A DNA stretch of 64,000 nucleotides from Tetramitus jugosus (lineage: Eukaryota; Protista; Heterolobosea): assembly GCA_937625935.1 (NCBI GenBank), contig OW569350.1, positions 496,001 through 560,000 of the forward strand, in the 5' to 3' direction. The notes beneath the pieces were generated by a model that ran no database searches, was not told the DNA's origin, and saw only the letters and a program-made list of their open reading frames with translations. Position numbers and translations under genes: made by a program. Shown in pieces: positions 24,180 to 35,960 of this stretch (the stretch's first letter is position 1; every line of letters begins with the position of its first letter).

Positions 24180-26123
24180 ATGTTTTCGGCATCATCGAAA
24201 GCTTCGCCCAATCAACAGCAACAGTCGTCGTCACACATTGGCGAACAACAACTCCACAACCAATCACATCATCATCAACAACAGGGATCACTCCTTCATG
24301 ATAAGCATGTCAAACTCGAAGGTGTCAAGCAGGAAGACGTGGAACGTTACCATGAAATTATTGACATGTTGTTGGCTGCTGGTTACTACAGAGTCAGAAT
24401 CTCTGCACTCACTCCATTTGATAAAGTGATTGGTGGACTGTGTTGGAGTATCTCCAACAGTAATGTTGATGTAGATGTGGACATTACGTTCGAAGAAGAG
24501 TCTAATATTGGTCAAAAAATTGCTGTTTCTGAACAGATTGTGAATGCATTGGCACGTATGCGGTGTCCTCATAAGATACAGGCCTATCAGATTCAAGGTC
24601 TCGATTTTCAAGAAATTTACAAGGTGATGCAATGGTTGATCAAGACTGTGTTTGAGACTCGTGAGGAGAACAGAGAACGAATCCGAAGATATTCTCATCT
24701 GGTGTTTAGTCGTCGCTATGAACTTCCATCCGATGTGCAAGCAAAGCAAAGATACTTGGAGGCATTGCCATACATGGACACTGTCAAGGGTATCTATAGA
24801 CCAAAGAGAAAGTGTCGCTTGGCAAGAAAGGGAAAATTGAATCGTTGGGCGCATGTGCAGAGTGTCTTGCTCGAGTATGGAAGAGAGTTTGGATCGTTGA
24901 AACAAGATGCCAACAATCAATCAACGAATCAAAAACAGAATGAACTGAGAGCGGAATTGGAGAGACAAATGGGAGGTGGAAAGTCTGGAGAGGATCACTG
25001 GGATCAATTGGATGACGATGTTCATCGAAAGAGAATTGAAGAGTTGAAGAGAGCGATGACGGATGAAAATGCAACGGAGAATGAGAGTGTTTCTACACGT
25101 GGACTGAATATGCTGATTGGTTTGGGCAGTGAGGACATTGAAGAAGAAATTTTGAAGAATGAGGAGCGTAACAAACAATTGTTGGAGAAACAACAAGAGT
25201 ATGGACAGAGTGAAGAAATGATTCACAAGAGAAATAAGGCACAACTCGAAAAACAAATTCAAAATTTGAAGGAACAATTCCAATCCCAAAAAGTTGAACA
25301 CACCACACTCAATGAAAAGCTAACTGGCATGCAGGAGGAACTAACTGGATACAAGCAATATTCTGCTGCTGTCGAGAAGAAGCTTTCTGATATTCAAGCC
25401 AAATTATCAGAGGGTGGCGAAGACTTTGAAGCATTGTCCAAGCTGCAAGAATTGGTTTTGTTGAATGAGAGTTTGAGAAAGCAGGAAGAAGATTTCCGTG
25501 CCAACTGCAAGAAGCAACACACTGAATTGAAGGGTATCTTGGCTAAACTTCAAACCGAAACCGAGGGATCCATTGATCAAAAACTTATACAAACAATGGC
25601 TGCTGATGAGGAAAAGATGGCAAAGATTCGTCAATTGTCAAGCAAGAAGAATTTAGATATTGCCATTCTGCAACGTAAGATCGATGAGATACCTACTCGT
25701 GCTGAATTGTCCCAATACGAAAGAAGATTTTCCGAGTTGTTTGGCACGATTATTGCCAAGTTGGAAGAGAATCGTAAATACTTTGATACTCATAACACTC
25801 TATCAGAGACCGCCAAGTACCTAGATAAGGAGATGAGTCTGTTGAACTCGATCAGTGAAAACTTCCAAAAGGCGCTCACCAGTAAGAACAAGCAGTACAG
25901 AACTTGGATGGTTGAAACTGTGGAAAAGAGTGTGGATGCTGTTGAGAAGACCCGTGATCATGTCGAGAAGAAAACAAACGACAAGAAGGCGGAGCATTCG
26001 ATCGTCAACAAGCAATATTCTCAGCTTGTCACCGAGCAAAGAGCTTTCTTCAGAAACCTTAAGGAGTTACAAGAGGAGATTAAGAAGAATGAGGAGCTCC
26101 AAAAGCAACTCCATACCCATTAG
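24180..26123 (+). CDS. CCDC93: Coiled-coil domain-containing protein 93 (CCC/Commander complex)
   Basis: LLAAGYYRVRISALTPFDKVIGGLCW, EESNIGQKIAVSEQIV..L..MRCPH, IQGLDF, and RKIDEIPTRAELSQYERRFSEL. Confidence 0.93.
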   Translation: MFSASSKASPNQQQQSSSHIGEQQLHNQSHHHQQQGSLLHDKHVKLEGVKQEDVERYHEIIDMLLAAGYYRVRISALTPFDKVIGGLCWSISNSNVDVDVDITFEEESNIGQKIAVSEQIVNALARMRCPHKIQAYQIQGLDFQEIYKVMQWLIKTVFETREENRERIRRYSHLVFSRRYELPSDVQAKQRYLEALPYMDTVKGIYRPKRKCRLARKGKLNRWAHVQSVLLEYGREFGSLKQDANNQSTNQKQNELRAELERQMGGGKSGEDHWDQLDDDVHRKRIEELKRAMTDENATENESVSTRGLNMLIGLGSEDIEEEILKNEERNKQLLEKQQEYGQSEEMIHKRNKAQLEKQIQNLKEQFQSQKVEHTTLNEKLTGMQEELTGYKQYSAAVEKKLSDIQAKLSEGGEDFEALSKLQELVLLNESLRKQEEDFRANCKKQHTELKGILAKLQTETEGSIDQKLIQTMAADEEKMAKIRQLSSKKNLDIAILQRKIDEIPTRAELSQYERRFSELFGTIIAKLEENRKYFDTHNTLSETAKYLDKEMSLLNSISENFQKALTSKNKQYRTWMVETVEKSVDAVEKTRDHVEKKTNDKKAEHSIVNKQYSQLVTEQRAFFRNLKELQEEIKKNEELQKQLHTH

Positions 26124-26267
26124 TAACTGTACGATAACTTATGTAAACATTTTTGCTTGATATTTCACTTTCGGAGAAAATATCACTAAGCTGAAATAAT
26201 TGCCGTTACATATTTTTGATCTGAATTCAGAAAACAAACCGAAAAACAAATTGAACTCAATTTATCG

Positions 26268-27695
26268 ATGAATAGTCCTCTCAGAAGATCAACCAGAGAA
26301 AGGAAGCCTCCCATGACATATGATCAGGAGGTTTCAGCCAAATCATCTCAAAGCACAACAACAGCCACACCTCAAAAATCATCGTCGTCGTCAACTGCAC
26401 CTGCTTCTACTACACCTCGTCGAGTGAGGTCATCTCGTCCCGCTCAGGAAACTCCTGAATCGACTCAACAACAACAGCCAATTCATACAAAGAAAAAAGA
26501 ACCCGCCAAAACTTCTGTCGTAGCTCTGAGTCGCGGATCCGCCAGAAAAACAACTTCTCGCACACCCAGTCCGACTTCATCGTCTGACAGTGAGTCGGAA
26601 GAAACATCGAAATTGAGCGCGCAAAAGTCTACGACAAAGTCTGAAGCATCCACGCCCAGTCGACGACCAGCTACCAGACGAGCGATTGCTACTCCAAAGT
26701 CAGCTCCACCTGCGACCAGAGCTACATCCAAAGCTACAAAGACTGACACAGTGACTGAAACAACTGTCAATGACAGTGCTCAAAAGAAATCAAAGAGAAC
26801 CTATTTGCGTTCGATCCCTTCAAGCAATGAACATTCGATCGTAGATGAGTTAAGATTGACTGAATTGAGAGATTTGTGTCGTCGCCTCCACCTCAAAGTT
26901 GCTGGCACAAAGGCTGAGCTGCAGAGTCGACTAATCAATCATTTAAAGCAGAATCCTGAGGATGAGCCACAGATTTCTCTTGTTTTGTACAGTCCTTCAG
27001 CCAAGAGAATTACCTTTGACTCGCATGCTCGAGGAGCCAAGCGATCTATCAGAGAAACTGAAGATCAGAAGAGTATCCCTGTCTCAAGAGAGTTGTTTAA
27101 TGAAAAGAATGCACCAAAGAGCCAGGAGGAAGAAGAGCCAGAGTTTCTTCTATCTGAAAGTGAAGAACAGGAACCTCCACTGAAGAGATATCGTGTCGAT
27201 ACTGCATCACAGGAAGAACAACAACAGGACAACGATACGATGGATGTTGATTTTGAGACTAAAGATACTCAAGTGTCAGAAATGGAAGTGACCCAATTGT
27301 TCATTACACAAGTTGATTCAATCAATGTACCTGTGAATTCCTATGACGACTCTCTGATGGACAATGTGGTTTATGAGAATGACTTTGGTGTGTCGCATTA
27401 TTCTGCAGAAATGCAAGATGATGATCACAATTCTGCCTTCATCCGCGATGCAATATCTCAGGATATATCGCCTGTTGTATCTCAGAGTCGTACTGTTGAA
27501 CATTTTGCTGCTCCTATCTCATCTGTAAGTTCTGCTCAATCTAGTAATGTAAATAACACTCGGCAGTCGATGGTAGATGACTTGGGTGAACAGTATTCGG
27601 CAAAGAGGGGCGACGAATCGTATGTGGAGACTACAGAGTCACAAACTAGAACTAGCAGTAGAAGAGAGAGCAAGTCATGGTGTACAGTCATGTAA
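26268..27695 (+). CDS. SAP-domain protein with a basic S/T-rich N-terminus, an acidic C-half and a terminal CaaX box (CTVM)
   Basis: SAP motif LRLTELRDLCRRLHLKVAGTKAELQSRL (about 26850-26935), RRSTRERKPP, NLS-like PPLKRYR, and the ending SWCTVM*. Confidence 0.82.
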   Translation: MNSPLRRSTRERKPPMTYDQEVSAKSSQSTTTATPQKSSSSSTAPASTTPRRVRSSRPAQETPESTQQQQPIHTKKKEPAKTSVVALSRGSARKTTSRTPSPTSSSDSESEETSKLSAQKSTTKSEASTPSRRPATRRAIATPKSAPPATRATSKATKTDTVTETTVNDSAQKKSKRTYLRSIPSSNEHSIVDELRLTELRDLCRRLHLKVAGTKAELQSRLINHLKQNPEDEPQISLVLYSPSAKRITFDSHARGAKRSIRETEDQKSIPVSRELFNEKNAPKSQEEEEPEFLLSESEEQEPPLKRYRVDTASQEEQQQDNDTMDVDFETKDTQVSEMEVTQLFITQVDSINVPVNSYDDSLMDNVVYENDFGVSHYSAEMQDDDHNSAFIRDAISQDISPVVSQSRTVEHFAAPISSVSSAQSSNVNNTRQSMVDDLGEQYSAKRGDESYVETTESQTRTSSRRESKSWCTVM

Positions 27696-27842
27696 TCTTT
27701 TGGGTACCTTCAGCCAAGGATCAATTTTGTGTGTGAGGAATACTCCACAGGAATTACTTGTCGAGTATCGCTATTGTGCTAGGATGAGCTCCAATAAATG
27801 AGGCGCATTTCTTCATATTCTGTCCAAACTTTTGTACAAGAT

Positions 27843-30800
27843 TCATGGTTTATTAGCAAGCGAAAATGAGTAATCACTATCTCCAGATTCAGAGCTGGTA
27901 GACCAGAATGTTGAACTGAATGATTGGTCGTTTTGAGTGGATGGCGTAGCAAAGAACAATGCATCAGGTTTCTCACTAAGCATGCTGGAATTGGTTGCGT
28001 CAGAAAATAAGTGGGAGGAGAGATCACCATCAGATTCATCAGAAGTTACACTGAACAAAGCAGCGGAGGACATTGCTTCTCCTTCAAATTCTCCTAGGCC
28101 GATCAAGTACTGGGTTGATTTTTGACGGGAGGGTGCAGAGCGAGCTTCAATCATTTTCTTATAGTCGGAGTTACCTTCTCTGGTAGATCGACTACTACGG
28201 CTTGAAAAGGAAGTAGCTTGCTGTTCTGTCATCGAATTAGTTGTATTCAAGCTTGGATCGGAGGATGATGCATGAAGATTACTTGATGAAGTGTCAGTCG
28301 GTAGACCATTGGAGTTGTCCGATGTTTTCACACTTAAACTAGATTGACTTAAGGAGTATATCCATGACGCCACTGATACATCTGAGCTTCTATCTGAGTT
28401 AGAGTTGTCCAAGGAGCTTCTTTCGATAAACTCCTCGTTGGAATGTGATGAGATTTCAGAAATATCGCTCGAAACATTACAAGTGTCGGCAGTTGGTAAG
28501 TCTTCCTTTTTGGCGAGGAACTCCTTGAATTTTGTCCCGATGATTATATCCTGTCGCTTCTTTTGCAACAAGCCGGTAAGGTGAGTTACTTCCTTTAATG
28601 TTTTCGAGATCGTACTGTCACTAATAATACTAGGAGGCTGATTCACAGATGAGTTGAGAGAAGTAGAAAGAGTTGCAGTTGAAGTGTTTTGGTTTCTTTC
28701 TGAGGGAGATGTGTCCTCTTGAAGTGAGTTCATACTCTTTTCTGATATCGAAGAGTTGTTCAAGGTACGGGTTATACTCTCTAGTATTCTGAGTTTATCT
28801 TCGGCTTGATACATGAGTTTCTTCTGATGTTCAAAGTCTTCTTCGATTTTCGTATCTGAGGTCCTGCCAAATGATGAATGACATCTAGAGGACAATTCCT
28901 TATCGACCTTGTGCTCCTTAGTTTTTGGGGGTTCTACAACAAAGGTATAATTGTTGAGTTTTGGTTCTTCAGCAACCTGATTGGTGTTCGTTGCTGAATT
29001 AATTAAAGTGGGACGGGATTTCAGGTCTCTTCTCTCTTGCTTTGAAGGATGAAGCGGAACTTCTGCCATTTCTCTGTGCTTTGGGAATCGCTTCTTGATT
29101 CTTCGATTAGAACTCAATACTATATTAGGCGTTGGTAGTGCTGTCCGGTCAAATACTTCGTTTGATAGATCAGGATGAGCTTCAGTATTCACAGCAATTG
29201 AGTTCTGACCTAGTGTGGTGTTAACCTCTTTATCCTGTTTCGAAGGAATTCCCGGCTGTTTAATAGCTTCGATTTCTTTGTAAGCAACGGCTAACTTACT
29301 TTTTAGTTCTTTAACTTCTTCAAACAATTCTCTTGTTTGGAGATCTACTTCCCTTGTTGTTATTTCCTCCTGCTCCTTTCGAAAATTCTCATGTTTTTTA
29401 ATCCACAAGTTGTTTCTATTTTCGATCGCCTCTAGGAATCTGTATCGATACTGTTCAGAGAGCTTGTTGATTCTTTCTGCTTCCCCTTTGATAATCTCAT
29501 CTTCTTTATGGATGTTGTTCAAGATACTCTCTGAACTATTCGAATTTTCTCTCTTTCTCTCTCGACTATAGAAGTTGGTCATATTTCTCTTTGTTCTTCT
29601 TACATTTTCTTCCTCAAGGGCAATACTTCGGATCAAGTTTATATTTGCTTGCATATCTTTCTGCAAGTTTATTGAATCCAGTTCTTTTCTCTTTTTCACG
29701 TCCATTCCAAAGTTCATATCTTTCATGTGATTGAGATCATAGAGTGTGCAGGAACCGTCAGTACCTACAACAGTCATGATGCTCCATCCTTCATTAGCGT
29801 CAAAGTCAACGATACAGCTTCTCACTCCATGGAGTTCATAAAGTACTCTATTCTCCTGACAGTAAATAAAATAAATGATCCCCGAGTTAGTGAGGGCGGC
29901 AATGTACCGTCCATCTCCAGAGACTCGCAGTTTCACTATGAGGTTTCCATCAGGTAATTCCACGCAATGAATGCACTTTCTCAAATGTAAAGAATAAACT
30001 CTCACGTGTTTGTTGGTTCCCGCAGTTACTAAAAACTGGTCATCTGCTGTTACTTGAAATATCGTCACTTCTTCTGAGTGAAGAGCAATAGAGAATAAGT
30101 ATCGATATGTAAGAGACTCCCATATAAACACTTCGCTATTCACACATGTCAGTATTAACTTTTGAGAAGGAGAAAATTCTGCAAAAGAAAGAGCACTCTT
30201 CTTGGATACTAGAGTTTTCAACTGTTTAAATGTCTGCATGTCCCAGATCAGAACTGAACCTTTTGAACAAGATAAAGAGATAGCAGAAGATTGATTCGTT
30301 GAAAGATTAATAATGATCGATTTGTGTCCTCCTTTTAGTGTACCTACCAGGGTTTGGGAATCTAGGTGATGTTATTGGTCAGTGGGTCTGATGTCAGAAC
30401 AAGTCTAAGAATAAAGGATTACTGTACCAATATCATAGCAATGAATTCTTCGATCTTTTAGAGCTACTAAGACTTCAGAAGGTCTATTTTTTGAAAAGGC
30501 TAAACTAGTTACTCGTGTACCGATCCTCTTGATAAGAGAATACTTGTTCTGTTTTAGTCGAAGGATGAACAAATTCCCTTGACGATCAACAACAGCACAA
30601 TTTTCTCCCTTTTGATCAATGGACACTTTATCAAAGGAGTAATAGAGAGCAGGATGGGTCTTGGCTATTTGGAAGTTCTTCTTCTCATAATTCTTCTGTT
30701 CTTGATGATGAAGATAGGGTGGGATCCCACAACTTGCGTTCAAGCTATTATGAACTGAAAAAATCACCGAATGACAATCGGGACGAGGTCTGGTTGTTGA

Positions 30801-30845
30801 TGACCACAACGATCCTTTAGAAGTCAAATGAATAGTGTAGTTCAT
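27843..30845 (-). CDS. WD40 + coiled-coil protein resembling the TBC1D31/WDR67 N-terminal propeller; exon 1 30428-30845, intron 30362-30427, exon 2 27843-30361
   Basis: Exon 1 (DRQGNLFILRLKQNKYSLIKRIGTRVTSLAFSKNRPSEVLVALKDRRIHCYDI) resembles the TBC1D31 N-terminus as I recall it. A 66-nt GTACAG...TAG intron joins it in frame to DSQTLVGTLKGGHKS...VLIWDMQTF. This joins track ORFs 30405-30911 and 27843-30239. Confidence 0.8.
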
Positions 30846-30925
30846 GGCGTTTGGTGTCGTAGACGCAAATTTTCTTTCCCGGAGAAATTGAACTAACACC
30901 GTTTCTGCCAAAAAACTAGAACAGA

Positions 30926-33346
30926 ATGACTGCTCACGACTTTACATTGAATATTGATGATGAACACCACAAATTGCAGATTCACATTTCTATTTCCCAT
31001 GAGTTCATCCAAGAGTACAGAAAGAAAACTCTAGAGGATCCCCTGGCTCAACAATACAACATCGAAGAAGACAGAGCTCTCCTTTTCTTTGAAGTATCGA
31101 GGAGTAGGAAGGAACTCGATGATAAGAAGGTGACATCAAACAAAGATCTAGCAAAGATCTATAGGGACTATAGCCGAAAGAATCCAAGGTTTTTCCCCAA
31201 GGTGACCCTTAATGGAGGAGCATTGAAAGAGCAATTATTGAAACTTCAATCAGAAGGAGGTCTTAGATATCAAATTCTGTACACTGATGTTAGTGAAGAA
31301 ATCAATAGATTAAAGAAGGAAGAGGAAGAACGGTCGATAAAGGAGAGCGAGAACAAGTTTGGATTTTCTTACATGAAGCGTCAATCAGTGAATCGAATAG
31401 AGAACCAATTAGATGAGGAAGAACGACAGAATGACAAGATGAAAGAACCTTTCCATCGAGAAGCACAATCATCCTCCCTCGTTCAACTTACTACAACAGG
31501 ACGCAGTTTTAAACCAAAGAGTTTTAGGACCAGAGAGAAGTATCTCTCTTCTGCTTCTCAATATTTTAGGGAATTATTGACTGAAGCTCAGGAAGAAGTC
31601 AATTCTGATGATGGAATGATATTAAAGAAGATAGGAATTAGTGAGTTCGATAAACAATTCAAATTGTACGATATGGGTGAGACATTCCACCCAGATAACA
31701 TTGAACGGTTCATATGGTATTGTGAGAATCCTGACTTTCAGGAGAAGTTTCTCAAAGCGAAGCAGAATCTGGACGAATTAACAACAGAAAACCAGAATAG
31801 TCTTAACAAAGCCATAGACTCTTTGAATCAAAGCAAAAGAAAAAGGTTAAGTGAATTAATGTTGCGAATAGAGTCAGAAAAGCACGAGTTTAGGAAGATA
31901 CTGACCAAGTGTAAGGAATTTGATATTGAAAGATTGCGGATCATGTATGAAGTTCATCTACAGAATGAATATGAGAAGTTAGATCGCTTGATGGAGATCA
32001 GATCGAGAGATATAGATTTATTCTTTGAGAGAGAGATCAATCGAACTTCGGAATTATTCGAACAACAGCAACGATTAAGGATAATTAAAACAGAAAAGGA
32101 ACTGAAAGAATCCACTCTACTACATAATGAAATTTTACCAGAGAACGGATTAGTAACAATGTTGACTTTGTCGGATGTTGTAAGGTCAGACGATTTGAGA
32201 GATACATGTATCAAAATTCTTGGACAAACCTTCTCTCTTCATTATCAAGATAAACATTTAGGATGCCAATTACTTACCTTACAAACCCTTCAACAATTAC
32301 TATCTCAACTTCCGACGGAACAACTTCAAGAACTCGCTGAACAATACGATTACTACTTCCCGAGAGATATTGTTCTCAAGGAAATCGAGTATCGGAAAGG
32401 AATCTTAGTCGCGGAATACAAAGATTGTTCTGTTCCAGAACTCCTTGCAAAAATGACTGCAGCAGAAGGTACGGTGTTCTCTGACTTGTTGGCCAATGAA
32501 ATCATGAATAGAAAGAAAAAGAAACCTTTTGTATCTTTGAATCCGATTCAAATGAGTCCATTTCTCAAAATACATGAGGACGGATTGACAATTGAGCTAC
32601 GTGGACATAAAAGATACTCTTGTGTTCATGCCACTCATTCTAGGAGTTTCGAGGGTTGGGGTAAATGGTACTTCGAGGTTGTGATTGAAGAGTTCGATGA
32701 GTCGTATGGTAGCTCAATCTCCATCGGATGGGACGTTCCTAGAGATTCTTCATGCATGGATGGACCAATAATAGGAATGACACCTGGAGAAAAAAATTTA
32801 TTTGGTTGTGCTTGGCAGAGTGATGGAATTTTGCACTATGAAGGACGTGGTGTATACATCGAAGAGCAATTCAAACAAGGAGATACAGTTAGTTGTTCCC
32901 TAGACCAAGATAAGAAGGTTCTAACTTTTTTCAAGAATGGACATAGGATAACTCTCATAAAGCGAGAACAACAGTAAGTAGTACACTTTTTACATTTTTC
33001 GACAGATATCGCTGACGAAGCAACCCTATTGTTTGACAGTAATAAGAAGTATCAGGAGATTAAAACTTTACCGATAACAGAGGAGTTTTACACATTGGTT
33101 CCTGCAGCTTGTTTGTACTCTGCTCGTAAGAATTCTAAATGCAAGATACGATTTAACTTCTCTGGTAACTTTAACTACCCAGTACCTCAATGGCATGAAT
33201 CCTATGGCAATGAGAGAGTGTACGCCAGACAAATGAAAGCTCTCCAGTTACAAAAGGACAAGCAATCCGATGAATCGAGCTCCCTCTCCCAAAAGAATGC
33301 CTCAGAAGTCTATTCAACGGAGAACTTGGCCCCAAACACTCACTAA
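30926..33346 (+). CDS. Coiled-coil + BACK-like + SPRY-domain protein; intron 32974-33039
   Basis: SPRY motifs GKWYFEV, ISIGWD, FKQGDTVSCSLDQDKKVLTFFKNG, then LVPAACLY...IRFNFSG.FNYPVP in exon 2. A 66-nt GTAAGT...CAG intron restores the frame. Confidence 0.82.
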
Positions 33347-33431
33347 AAGCTCTTCCAAAAATTGCCAAAAATTGTTTAGGCGGAAAAATCACCACATCGA
33401 TCAAACAACAACAAAAGTAATTTCCACACAC

Positions 33432-35879
33432 ATGTTAAAAGCTCATCATTTTTCCTTGAGGTGCTCATCGCTTAGTCGTCGTTACAGGACACTCTCAAAC
33501 TGCTCTCCATCATCATCTTTGTCAACTCTCACAACTGATCAACTGCATCATGTTCACACTCACAACAATAACAACAATAACAACATTTCTCACAAGTGTC
33601 ATTCTCCCTTTTGTTGTTCACCACCACCATCATTATCATCATCAACAACAATCACTTCTCTTCATCCCACAGCAACGCATCTAAAGAACTTCTTGAGTCA
33701 CACGACACTCAGAAGCTATAACCATTACACGAACAACAACAACAACAATAGTAGTAGTAACAATAACAGTAGTAATAATAATGGTAGTAATAATGGCGGA
33801 GGTGGTGCCACATTTGTCTCTGGATACTACAAGGTATCTGAGAGTGAAATTACAGAATTTATGAAACGGAAACAGCTCATGTACAAGATTGTAGCATCAG
33901 AGATTGTCATCAAGGAATGTCCATTTTGTCACGATACGAAAAACAATGTGTCAAACATGTGGAAACTGTACATTCACAGATATACAGGCGCCTATTTGTG
34001 TCATCGTTGTGGATGCAAGGGATCATGGTACGATTTCAAGAATAAGGTTTCGTTTGGTGATGTTGATCCAGGATCATCATCATCATCATCATCAACAAGT
34101 ACAACAAGCTCAAACAACACAAGTTCAAAACCAATGATGATGAGTCCAATGATTCAGAGAGTCGATGGAATGAGTGCAGCCAATGGAAACGGTAGTAATA
34201 AGAGCAAGATGCCATCGCAGCGAGACATTGAAGTGTTTCAAAAGGATTTCAGCATGATCAAATATCCAGAATTGAACAAGTATATTGCTTCGAGAGGTAT
34301 TCAAAAGGAGACATGCAAGGCGTATTCTGTCGGAGGTGCATACTTTAATTTCTATGTGCAAGGAGAGAATGACACTGCACCAAAGAATGTTCCTCAACTC
34401 TGTGTCACATTTCCAATGTTTAAGCCCATTTATAAGCCAACTACACTGGCTCAGCACATGAGAAATAGGGAGAGTCAGAGAGCAAAGGAACAATCTTCAC
34501 AAGGCGATCATCATGCTTCTGCAGCGAGTAGCAATGCAGCGAGATCATCATTTGCCTACAGTCGTCCCACTCCTGATGATTATCAACTCGTGAGACACAA
34601 GGTGAGAGCGATTGGAGACAAGAGTTTGCAGAGATTGGATCCAACAGGTGGTCAATGGGGCTTGTTTGGTCTGAGCATTGTTCCCGATGATGCAAAATCA
34701 ATTGTACTCACAGAGGGTGAATTCGATGCGATGGCTGTATTCCAGGCTACTGGTATGCCTGCCGTTTCATTGCCTAATGGATGTCGCTCTCTTCCCGTTG
34801 ATATCCTGCCCTTCTTGGAACGATTCGAGAAGATTTATCTGTGGATGGATGATGATATTCCTGGACAGGAAGGTGCAGAACAATTTGCAAACAAGTTAGG
34901 AATTGGACGATGTTACATTGTGCATTCATCGACATCGACTGACCAGTTGGCAAAGATGCCAAAGGATGCCAATGAAGCTCTACTGGCCGGTGTCGATTTG
35001 AAAAAGTGCTTGCAGGAGGCTGCCCCAATTAATCACGAACGAATCATGACTTACACTGCGTTGAAAACCGAGATTTTCCGAGAGTTGTATGAGAGTGGAG
35101 TGGAGACCACTGGAACACCCAGCAAATACTTTCCAAAGTTGAACCGTATTCTCAAGGGTCATCGTAGAGGAGAGCTCACTGTCATCACAGGTCCGACAGG
35201 TATCGGAAAAACTACAATTCTCAGTCAGTTGACACTCGACTATTGTAGTCAGGGAGTGAATACGTTGTGGGGCAGCTTTGAAATTAAGAATCACCGACTT
35301 GCCAAGAAGATGATTTGTCAGTTGGCTGGCAAGGACTTGAGCAAGTTTAGATATGAATTCGATGCCTATTCGGAACAGTTTGGACGTCTGCCACTGTACT
35401 TTATGAGCTTTTATGGTTCCACTGATATTGATCAAGTGCTGGACGCCATGGACTATGCAGTGTATGTTCACGATGTGCAACATATCATTATCGATAATTT
35501 ACAATTCATGATGAGTGGTCAAGGTGCCGGTTATGAGAAGTTTGATATGCAGGATAAGGCGATTGAAAAGCTGCGTATGTTTGCTACTCACAAGAATGTT
35601 CACATCACGATTGTTATTCATCCACGTAAGGTCGAAGATGGTCATGCACTGGGAATCGCCTCAGTCTTTGGTACAGCGAAGGCCACACAAGAAGCCGACA
35701 ACGTCATCATTATCCAAAAGGGCAAAAAGTATCGATACTTGAGCATCAAGAAGAATCGCTTCGATGGCTCGATTGGAGAAATACCGTATCGTTTTGACAG
35801 AGACTCCACCAAGATTTTTGAACTGAGTGATGATCAAGTGAAGGAAGTAGAAGATGGAAAAATTGTACTCGAATACTAA
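33432..35879 (+). CDS. TWNK: Mitochondrial Twinkle primase-helicase (T7 gp4-like)
   Basis: Arg/Ser-rich presequence from ATG 33432; Zn finger CPFC...CHRC; TOPRIM TEGEFDAMA and WMDDD; Walker A GPTGIGKT; IIIDNLQFM; IHPRK; KNRFDG. Confidence 0.95.
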   Translation: MLKAHHFSLRCSSLSRRYRTLSNCSPSSSLSTLTTDQLHHVHTHNNNNNNNISHKCHSPFCCSPPPSLSSSTTITSLHPTATHLKNFLSHTTLRSYNHYTNNNNNNSSSNNNSSNNNGSNNGGGGATFVSGYYKVSESEITEFMKRKQLMYKIVASEIVIKECPFCHDTKNNVSNMWKLYIHRYTGAYLCHRCGCKGSWYDFKNKVSFGDVDPGSSSSSSSTSTTSSNNTSSKPMMMSPMIQRVDGMSAANGNGSNKSKMPSQRDIEVFQKDFSMIKYPELNKYIASRGIQKETCKAYSVGGAYFNFYVQGENDTAPKNVPQLCVTFPMFKPIYKPTTLAQHMRNRESQRAKEQSSQGDHHASAASSNAARSSFAYSRPTPDDYQLVRHKVRAIGDKSLQRLDPTGGQWGLFGLSIVPDDAKSIVLTEGEFDAMAVFQATGMPAVSLPNGCRSLPVDILPFLERFEKIYLWMDDDIPGQEGAEQFANKLGIGRCYIVHSSTSTDQLAKMPKDANEALLAGVDLKKCLQEAAPINHERIMTYTALKTEIFRELYESGVETTGTPSKYFPKLNRILKGHRRGELTVITGPTGIGKTTILSQLTLDYCSQGVNTLWGSFEIKNHRLAKKMICQLAGKDLSKFRYEFDAYSEQFGRLPLYFMSFYGSTDIDQVLDAMDYAVYVHDVQHIIIDNLQFMMSGQGAGYEKFDMQDKAIEKLRMFATHKNVHITIVIHPRKVEDGHALGIASVFGTAKATQEADNVIIIQKGKKYRYLSIKKNRFDGSIGEIPYRFDRDSTKIFELSDDQVKEVEDGKIVLEY

Positions 35880-35960
35880 GTAGTACGCATCTGAGATGGC
35901 ACATCTGTGAGTTTATTCTTCTAGTTTACATAATAAAACAATTGCTTCTGCGTTTCACAT

